Shown here piece after piece: positions 55,100 to 64,000 of a stretch of DNA of 64,000 nt (position 1 is its first letter; every line of letters begins with the position of its first letter). The notes under the pieces are model-generated. The model did no database searches and was not told where the DNA came from. It worked only from the letters and a program-made list of their open reading frames with translations. The stretch lies in contig OX597822.1 of NCBI GenBank assembly GCA_951406725.2, positions 39,866,001 to 39,930,000 of the forward strand. The letters run 5' to 3'. A program made the position numbers and the translations under genes. Source of the stretch: Octopus vulgaris (taxonomy: Eukaryota).

Positions 55100-57200
55100 G
55101 CTAATGTAAAACAATAAACCGTATTTTATACATGAACAACTACAAGTTGTACACTACAAATGAAAAAACAAGAACAAATAAAAAGCCAACAAATTAGAAA
55201 CATTACTGCAGGCAGTGCATGGATTAATAAAATTTTATCTGGATCTGGATTAGAAAAATATGCACTGAAAACAAATATGAGCTATAATATTGTGCTAGAT
55301 AAGAAATTAAAAGAAACATTGACCGAATATGATCATACACATATTTAGTTATTTTAGTAATATTTGGTTGTCCGGAAAGTTCGTGCCGAAAGGAAAAGGT
55401 CAATAAATACTTGCCATTACATTTTTAATCAGCCAAATATGAACCGTTTTGTTGCACAATGCACCTCCATCTTTCCTTTAACTTGAGAATACCCTCTCCT
55501 CAGAATTGGGGTGATTTCATGGCAAAGAATTCATCAAGCTATCTTTTTACGTCAGCCATGGAATTGAAATTTTTACCATTAAGACTATTCTGCAGAGACC
55601 CGAATAAATGGAAATCCGAAGGAGCAATATCTGGTGAATATGGAGGGTGGGGTAATACATCCCAGCCAAGCTGCAGCAATTTTTGTCTGGTCCCCAAAGC
55701 ATCAAGTGCTGAAAATGAACTTTCTTATCTTCCATTTTAAAGGGTTACAAAATTAGCACAGGTTATAGGAACATAAACCTTCTTCCACGAAAAGATAGCT
55801 TAAGCTGTGCTCTAAATGGAGGTGTAGTCAAATCCTATTTTACGGACTCAATCATGTTCTAAAATAATTCGAAATGTAAGCTGCTATAAATCGGCACGAA
55901 TTTTCCGGACAACCCAATTCTTAGTAATCAATGATAAAGGCAGTGAATATCGAACACATAAATGAAAGACAAAATTAAGTACGAAAATGTTTTAGGTGCC
56001 TACTCGTTCCTAAATTAAATCTTTAGATTTGTATTTAAACAAGGCTAAACACAAACTGTAATGTGGCAGGTATCAATGCTGTGCCTCTCTTAGTAAAATA
56101 TATAGTTATATTCATAACTGGATGGTAAACGAACCAGTAACATTAGATAATAAAAACAAGAATGTCTGTGTTTAAATTAAGCTACTTCAAATCTGACATA
56201 GAAAGAGATTGTTTTTAACTATAAAAAAAAAATCTATCGTAAAATATTCACTCTAGAAGTAGAAAAATATCGAGCAATGGAATATGAGAGGTTAATACAA
56301 ATAGCTACAAAGTATTGACTGACTGAAGCGACTGTCGTCTGCTTACACGGAAACCAACAATAAAATGACAGATAGTTATGAAAACAAAGAACAACTACAG
56401 AAATTCTGAAACAGTTAAAATCTAAAACAAAATCAGGGTTACAGAATGCTAATGTAAAAGGATGACAGGAAAAGTTACTACTTGGTTAAAAGCTGAACAG
56501 AATTAATAAGCTGGAGATGGGTGGTTGGGGTGAAAAGAAAAGAATAGCATTAGTTGAGAAGCTCAGATCTCAAGGCTGAGTCTAAAGGATTCCTGATTGC
56601 ACACAGGGTCAGTTTTCATACAAGAAATCTCCAAAAGCATAAAATACAACGAAATGCAATAATTGAAGAATATGTGGAGATGGGTCAGAATCTAACCCCG
56701 CTGTTTCAGCTTGTTTTGTGATAGACGATAAAGAATAATTGAAGCAGACATGACAAAGTCGGGACTTACACTGGCTGTTATTTTAGCAATCTAACGACAG
56801 AAAAGAGAAGCTGCAAATATACAGCAGAATATGTTTTGAGGAATAATAGAGTAAACATACTCTTGGATATGACAATAGACACAGCCCGGGAGATCAAAGC
56901 TAATCGATTCAGAAATTCAGATGCCTCCTAATCGAAGTAGCAGTCCCAACAGATGATGATGTCTCTTTCAAAGAAATGGAGAAATTATCCAAATATAAAG
57001 ATAAGCCGAATACAGAACCTGACCACAAAAGCAGTCTGTATAATAATAGATGTTTGGGGGATGAAAACAAACGAACAAACAAACAAATACGTAACCGAAA
57101 TCAAATATACACAGCATAAATAAATTAGCAGTTTTAGGCACTGCGTACATATCACCTGGAACACTCCAGATGCAGTAAAAACAACAGCAACAATAAACCA
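55100..57200 (+). pseudogene. Decayed R4/Dong-like LINE (RT tail, zinc knuckle, REL endonuclease)
   Basis: GLEKYA, LKAESKGFLIA, RICGDG..RHDKVG, CLLIEVAVPTDDDVSFKEMEKLSKYKD and AVLGTAYI in the expected order. Confidence 0.75.
55363..55917 (-). mobile_element. Internally deleted mariner nested in the LINE
   Basis: TIRs TTGGTTGTCCGGAAAGTTCGTGCCGA / TCGGCACGAATTTTCCGGACAACCCAA; minus strand LGWDVLPHPPYSPDIAPSDFHLF..LKERWRCIVQQNGSY. Confidence 0.9.
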
Positions 57201-57499
57201 AAGCACTGCACACAACTCGGTGCTACAGTGATAACATGCAATAAAAAGAAGGCGAGTGGAAAAGAATATTTGTAAATAAACTAACGAAGCACCAGACCGA
57301 TTCACTCTTTATATAAACAAACAAACGAAGCGAAGTGTCAGAAAATGACAAAAAGAATGAAGGATAACTGGAAATATTACGCTGATTTGCTTTGAAATTT
57401 ATTGATTTTTACCTCCTATAAATAATGATATGGAAATGTTTTTACTTGTCGGTTTTTAGAAACCACTACAACGACGAAACGTTAAATACAGGACCGGAA

Positions 57500-59550
57500 T
57501 TTTTTCATCATGTCTTGCAAACAAGACAAAGCATAAATAAATACGAGAATACATTTCTATAGTGCATGCATGTTTTATCGCCACACACTACCCCTGCAAT
57601 GAAACAACGACAACATTTTTGTATAAAGCTTTTTGAGAATATAACCCTGATCTAGAATCCAGACAGGTTTGCTAACTTCAGATGACACATTGTCAACGCT
57701 AAAGAATATCAGAAATTGAATAAAACGCTTAAAGAATATGTAAAGAAAATACAATGAGCGTAAAATATTGACAAAAATAAAAGAAAAACATTTCGAACTT
57801 AAATAGCAAGATATACCTAAAATGTACAAAGCAATTCAAATAAATGACAAAACACGACCAATCCCAACCCAGAACGCGTAGAGAAAAAAAAGAAGAAAGT
57901 AAAGCAAGAAAAAAAACAACAACAAAAAAACAAAACGAAACAGAACAAAAGCAAAACTATGAATAAAATAGGGGGTTTTCAAAACGGAAACTATGATGAT
58001 GACAATAATCAAGAGGTGGAAATGATTAAAGAATAAAATTTGATAAATCTATGAAGGTACCTCTAAAAAAATAAATGAACATTGAAATAGCCTCAGTAAT
58101 ATAAATCGCAAACTTAACTATCGCATGTCTAATCAAAACAGACAGGAACATGAATATCACTTTGTTAAATGAATTTATATACGCAGGAGTAACAAAGTAT
58201 AGTGGGTATTCTCTGAAATCCACTCATAAAAGACGATTAAAACCCAAATAAGCAACGTACATGAAGAGCTACAAAATAAAAGAAACGAGATTCGGATTAG
58301 AAAAATGTGCCAACATAACACTGAAAAAACCTCCCAAAACTAATGGAAATTATTTAAATACGCTAATGTCATGTTTGATAAGAAAATTAGAGTAAATACA
58401 GAGCGATAAATAATCAAGAATCAAGATCTAGACATAGTAGAACGAAGAAGAAAAACAATGTTAGGAAGGGGTATCAAAAACAGTTAAATATTCAGTTAAA
58501 TATTCAAAACAGATGAAGGTAAAGAAACCAAAATAATAGCTACAAATACTCTAGCTGTTCCATTTATTAGCCAAAAACGGGATGCAAAAAAATGCAAAGC
58601 TAAAAGGGTGGCAAACAAATCCGTTAATTAGCTGAAGTTAACGAGACAGAAATAGACAAAGAAATATAAAACGCGTTGCTTAGTGGATAGGGTGTTACAC
58701 TCCCAATCGTCACATGGTTTCGATTCCCTGGTAGGGTGCTGTGTTGTGTTGATGAGCAAAACACTTATTCAGCTATAAATGAGTAACCCTGCGACAGACC
58801 GGCGTCCCGTTCTGATCTCGGTCGTTTATATGTCATGGATACCGGGTAACTGGTCTGATGAAGCCTAGGGCTAAAGACAGAACTACTACATTGGTTGGGA
58901 AACAATAGATTCAAAATTGGGCTTGAAGTTGTCTTGATGGCGGCACTGGGTCACGGAGTTCCCAATAGAAACCACGAACAGCATGTATGCAGAATATCTT
59001 AATTAACTGTAAAATACGTGAAGAATGGGAAGAAACATTTAACGACATTGTCCCTGGGTGCTGATAGTTAGCCAAGGAAGATACACGTAAAAACATGACA
59101 AAATTGAAATTGAAAAATACCAGAAGGAAAGGGGCGGTATACACATACATCAGATAAGGTCACAAAGAATGGAAAAGTGATTGTACTTTGAAAGATGCAA
59201 ATCTGCATTGACAAAGTTATTTGACCAGATGTTGTTGCCAATGACAGTTGGAAAAGAGTTGCATCTTGAACAAAATAGCAATCTCAGCAGAAAATATAGT
59301 ATCTGTAAAAGAGGTAGAAATTTTATCTTAAAAATAAGAAAAAAGACCTAGAAATCGAAGTAACCTGAATGTGGGGATTAAAAGTGTATATCAAACAGCC
59401 AGAACTTACAAATATGAAAAATATATAAAGACAATAGCATTACACACTTCGCAGAGAAACTCTCAATTCAAAATACAAAATAAAACACAGCAGTTACCTA
59501 AGGTTCATTGAGGCGTGCTCGGCAGTGCCATAAAATCATGCGATAAAAAT
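57500..59550 (+). pseudogene. Further decayed R4/Dong-like LINE fragments
   Basis: RFGLEKCANITLKK (about 58290), KIIATNTLAVP (about 58530) and A-rich coding-like composition; very degraded. Confidence 0.5.
58680..58880 (+). mobile_element. tRNA-derived SINE (family D-related, V-domain-like segment)
   Basis: TAGTGGATAG..GGTTTCGATTCCC..GAGCAAAACACTT..CCCTGCGACAGACCGGCGTCCCGT. Confidence 0.6.
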
Positions 59551-60205
59551 ATAATTACTGGGAAAACTGATGAATCGTTTTATTTATCTTTTCTTTATTA
59601 CTTGACACAAGCGAGAAAGATGACGGAGACATTGCAAGGATAACAAAGGAGTGGAGCCAGCTATGGAAAATCGATTATGAAAAACAAATTGGGTTTTACA
59701 AAATAAAAGCAGGAAGCGAGATGTTCCTGTAGGAGGAGCAGTACCTTAGACACAAACCTGATTTGTGTTTGCCAAACTACAGGTGTAAGCTAAGAGTGAA
59801 TTCCTTCATGTAAGCCATTTCCAGCATTCAATCCTCCTTTCAGCAAATTTCTACAGGAAAACGGCATCGCTTCTTCACTGGGAACTTAGAGAAGTACTTG
59901 AAGAGCTGGTTTATGAGGAAAGTGTCTGAATGCAACATCACTGACAGTTCAAGTATGCTTGCGGTACGTTTGGACTAATAAACAAGATATTCACTGTGTT
60001 TTGCTATGGAGAAAATTTCCCGCTGCTGACAATGGTGTAAATACATCTAGATCAGTTCGCAGCGCCCCCTTTCCAGACTGTTAGGGTTCTTACTTCGTAA
60101 ATTACTTACGGTGAGCCGCTGCATAGCGTTATCAGCCATCGTACCGTGACTGAAATAGTATAAGAGAATCACTATTATCAGTTCGCAGTGCCATCTGCCC
60201 AGTGT

Positions 60206-60252
60206 CTGTCACTGAAGAGGAAACAACTACTCCGAAATGCTGCATCACACAG
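60206..60252 (+). ncRNA. Type I hammerhead motif with damaged stem I
   Basis: CTGTCA-CTGAAGA-GGA(AACAACTAC)TCC-GAA-ATGCTGCAT-C-ACACAG; two mismatches at the base of stem I. Confidence 0.6.
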
Positions 60253-60299
60253 CCTTTATAGCTGGGGCTACGAACTGATCCAGGTGTATCTATACCATT

Positions 60300-60511
60300 C
60301 TCTTTTAATCTTTTACTTGTTTCTGTCATTTGACTGTGGCCATGCTGGAGCACTGCCTTTAGTCGAGCAAATCGACCCCAGGACTTATTCTATCTGTCTC
60401 TTTCGCCGAACCGCTATGTTACAGGGACATAAACACACCAGCATCGGTTGTCAAGCGATGTTGGGGGACAAACACAGACACACAAACGTACACACACACA
60501 CACACACACAT

Positions 60512-60556
<45 letters not shown>

Positions 60557-60722
60557 TACGACGGGCTTCTTTCAGCTTCCGTGTACCAAATCCACCCAAA
60601 AGGCTTTGGTCGGCCCGAGGCTATAGTAGAAGACACTTGCCGAAGGTGCCACGCAGTGGGACTGAACCCGGAACTATGTGGTTCGTAAGCAAGCTACTTA
60701 CCACACAGCTACTCCTACGCAT
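60300..60722 (-). mobile_element. Full-length SINE family A with TSD CCATT
   Basis: Head, CORE-like domain, internal microsatellite and tail; CCATT at 60295-60299 and 60727-60731; empty site visible at 63931-63950 (inverted). Confidence 0.9.
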
Positions 60723-60841
60723 ATGTCCATTGTCAACGACGAGAAATTATCTCCATGACTAAACGCGATGAATGACTTGTTTGTTTGTCCAAACATTCCA
60801 CAAGCATACTTGAACTGGTAGTGACATTGTATTTATTACAT

Positions 60842-61150
60842 CACGTGACCATGTGATCGACCAGGCCATCAGATATTGCTACACATTGCTGGTCACAATG
60901 CGCTTCGCATTGTTTTAGCCATCAAGTGACGCCACCCTGCTGGCTAAGCGAGTAGGCCAACAGAAGAAAGAGTGAGAGAAAGTTGTGGCGAAAGAGTACA
61001 GCAGGGATCGCCCCCCCCCCCTGTCGGAGCCTCGTGAAGCTTTAGGTGTTTTCGCTCAATAAACACTCACAACGTCCGGTCTGGGAATCGAAACCGCGAT
61101 CCTACGACCGCGAGTCCGCTGCCCTAACCACTGGGCCATTGCACCTCCAC
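60842..61150 (-). mobile_element. Full-length SINE family C (tRNA-Arg-like) with 13-bp TSD
   Basis: GTATTTATTACAT at 60829-60841 and 61151-61163; A and B boxes in head. Confidence 0.9.
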
Positions 61151-61323
61151 GTATTTATTACATATCACAGCTTACAGCTCCTACTTCAAAAGTGTCTGTG
61201 CTTAGTCATTTCAATCTCGTAAACCACACAACAGTTAAAATCCTGATCATCGAACGAAGAAAAACTGGTTGCTTTTATGGAAACGATTGATTCAGCCGAA
61301 TCTGCCCTACACGCGCCAACATA

Positions 61324-62577
61324 CGAGGGGCGTTCAATAAGTAATGCCCCTGACCCACTTCCCATAGCAGTAGAGCAACGACACTTGGCACAGTTATTAG
61401 TCTTTTCCTACATAGGAACTACCCAGAGTTATGCATTTCTCCCATCGTTTGATACAGCTCTGGAGACCATTTTTGTAGATGACCCCAGCTTGGTCCTCCA
61501 ACCACGACGTGACTTCAGAAATCAAGGCTGCATCATCTAGGAAACGCTTTCCTTTCAAAATCAACTTCATGGCTGGGAAGAGGTTAAAATCAGAGGGTGC
61601 AAGGGGAGGAGTTCATAGCTGCACGCCTGTGCTTCTGATCTAGCGACACGCGAGTTGTGGACCGGAGCGTTGTCCTGCAGGAGGAGGATGCCTTTGCTGA
61701 TCTTGCCCCGCCTCTTGATTTTGATAGCTTCTCTTAATTTCATCAAAAGTGAAGCATAATAGGCTCCTGTAATTGTGGTACCCTTTGCCAGGAAATCTGT
61801 CATCACTACTCCGTCCTGGTCCCAGAAGACTGTGAGCATAACCTTGTCAGCGGAGGGCTGCAACCTTGCCTTCTTTGGAGGAGGTGAGTCACGGTGCTTT
61901 CACTGCATTGACTGGGCTTTGGTCTATGGATCATAGTGATGGACCCAGGTTTTATCCTGTGTGATCAGTCTTTTGAAAATTTTGACTCATCTTCTTGGCA
62001 CATCTCCAAATTCATCCTCGAGCACTCAACGCGTTCTTGCTTCTGGAAAGGTGTGAGCAACCTGGAAATCCATCTGGCAGACACCTTTTGCATATGCAAA
62101 TGGTCATGAATGATAGTTTCCACAGACCCGGTACTAATCTTGACCTTATGGGCTATTTGGCGAATAGTTATGCGTTGACCTTCCAAAATGGCAGCCTCAA
62201 CTTGACGGACAGACGTCTCATCAACGGCAGAAGGGGGCGACCAGATCTGGGAGCTGTTTCCACAGAGTTCCGACTATGTTTGAATTCACAATGCCAGCGT
62301 TTTACAAGGTCATATGATGGGGCATCATCACCATAAGTTACTTTCATTTCATCAAAAGTCTCCCGTGGTGTGCGTCCTTTCAAATACAAAAACCAGATCA
62401 CTGCTCGACACTCAACAGGCTCCATTTCACACTTGACTCAGTTCAAACACCTGTAAATCAGAAACCACAATTAGTTCAGAGCTGTAATTCGCCAATTAAT
62501 CTATAGAGGTATAAATAAGTGCACATGCAAAATTTCAGCTAGATCAAACAGGGGCATTACTTATTGAACGCCTCTCG
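61324..62577 (-). mobile_element. Full-length mariner transposon (defective)
   Basis: TA-flanked TIRs CGAGGGGCGTTCAATAAGTAATGCCCCTG / CAGGGGCATTACTTATTGAACGCCTCTCG; about 1.25 kb. Confidence 0.95.
61397..62425 (-). pseudogene. mariner transposase, frameshifted
   Basis: MEPVECRAVIWFL..RSGRP, WISRLLT, DKTWVHHYDP, KVMLTVFWD, LLQDNAPVH over at least three frames; YSPDLAP motif damaged. Confidence 0.92.
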
Positions 62578-63215
62578 TATGTTTGATATTATTCCACTCT
62601 TCAACAATCATCGGGTACAGAAAGTGGATATGCATACACACTCGTATAAACACACACACGCATACACACACACGTGCGCGCGCACATAAATATATATTTG
62701 TGTTTGTGTTTGTATGTGTGTGTGTTTGTATGCGTGTGCGTGTGAATGTATGTGTATGTGTTTGTACGTGCGTGTAATGAAGCGCCACCCGAATTAATCT
62801 TCATAATAAATTTGACTCTACTCTGCATAAAATCACAGACACACACACACACACACAGAAGCAGAGAGGGGGAAAGGGAGAGCGAAAGAGAGAGGGGGAG
62901 AGAGAACAAGAGAGAGAGGGGGAAGGGAGAGCGAAAGAGAGAGGGGGAAGGGAGAGCAAGGGAGAGAGAGGGAAGGGAGAGTGAAAGAGAGAGAGAGAGA
63001 GGGAGAGACTATCTGTATAAACATATTCAATAAAGATTGATGAAGTGTCCGGCATTTTGACACAGACAGAACGGAAATTATCAAATGTTAGACAAACAAA
63101 AAAGGCCAAACACAAGAGAAGAAAAGAAGAATTATCCAATTAATCTATTTACTTAATCTACCAATCAACTAACTAAGGAACCAATAAAATAACTAATTAA
63201 CCAACTAATCAACCT

Positions 63216-63248
<33 letters not shown>

Positions 63249-63756
63249 TTAATTAACCAACTAACTAAGGGACTGACTGACTGACTAACTAATGAACGAA
63301 CGAACGAGCTGTATTAGAAGAGATTTAGAAGGAATAAGAAAATAATAAGTGGTTGAAAGGCGGTGAAGCTTAGTGGATAAAGAGATAAGTGTATATTGAC
63401 TTGGTGGAGGAAGTGAGCTTATGTGTGGCAGAATCATTTGATCACTGTAAATAAATCATCTGTGCAGGCTGTCAGCAAGAAACTGCAGAACGATCATCTG
63501 TCGTTTACGATAGGAGAACCTGCATAAAAAAAGATGGAAGTAATAAAATAACAGGTAATGAAATTTCTGATGAGAATAAGGAAACGATAAAGAACATGCG
63601 CACACGTAGCAATACATTACAATGTGATGACACTAAAGTAAAATATCATAAGGTACCTTGGAAAATGATGGAATCCGATGAAACGAGTGATGCATGGTGT
63701 CGGCAAAAGGTAATACAAAGAATTGAGACAATAGAATGATAAAAATATAATGTCCA

Positions 63757-64000
63757 GGCGAAGCGCATTGTGACCAGCGACGTGTTGCAACATCTGATAG
63801 CCTGGTCGATCACGTGGTCACGTGATGTAATAAGTACAATGTCACACCCAGTTCAAATATGGTTGTGGCACGTTTGGACAAATAAACAAGTCATTCACCG
63901 CGTTTAGTCATGGAGATAATTCTTCGTGGTTGACAATGGTGTAGATACACGTGGATCAGTTCGTAGCGCCAGCTATAAAGGCTGTGTGATGCAGCATTTC
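63757..64000 (-). repeat. Inverted, diverged copy of 60234-60910 lacking the family A SINE
   Basis: Reverse complement matches the SINE C tail junction, 60727-60840 and 60234-60299, including the 3' half of the hammerhead; runs off window end. Confidence 0.85.

Noticed and set aside
58850-58880. CTGATGA followed by AGCC/GGCT hairpin
   Set aside because: No GAAA core; part of a SINE tail.
61075-61150. Possible tRNA-Arg gene (also 36945-37020)
   Set aside because: SINE head: continues into SINE body, flanked by TSD, no proper acceptor stem or terminator.
63560-63600. CTGATGA..GAAAC hammerhead-like spacing
   Set aside because: No stem II pair and no convincing stem I or III.

Overview
Animal (metazoan) genomic DNA, most likely octopus or a related coleoid cephalopod; this is inferred from the SINE families and the extreme microsatellite load, not proven. 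I find no host protein-coding exon. Nearly all ORFs in the track are translated microsatellites ((TA)n, (TATG)n, (TATC)n, (CA)n, (CAC)n) or antisense shadows of mobile elements. The window is a mosaic of transposable elements. It holds a near-complete Neptune-type Penelope-like element (PLE; RT + GIY-YIG, about 42941-46735) with a 5'-truncated sister copy (24651-26716), and a decayed second PLE family. It also holds a full-length dead mariner, several Tc1/mariner/pogo MITEs and remnants, three non-autonomous Helitrons, fragments of CR1-like, RTE, Tx1/L1-like and R4/Dong-like LINEs, and at least four tRNA-derived SINE families, several with clear target-site duplications (TSDs). The most striking unannotated signal is about ten type I hammerhead ribozyme motifs from about six sequence families. 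Most lie in short non-coding cassettes inserted into (TA)n tracts, often with inverted terminal duplications. One cassette (28997-29790) has a 583-nt unit with a terminal direct repeat and two divergent hammerheads. Another (27478-27800) has its empty site preserved in a local duplication. Ribozyme folds were paired by eye and activity is untested.
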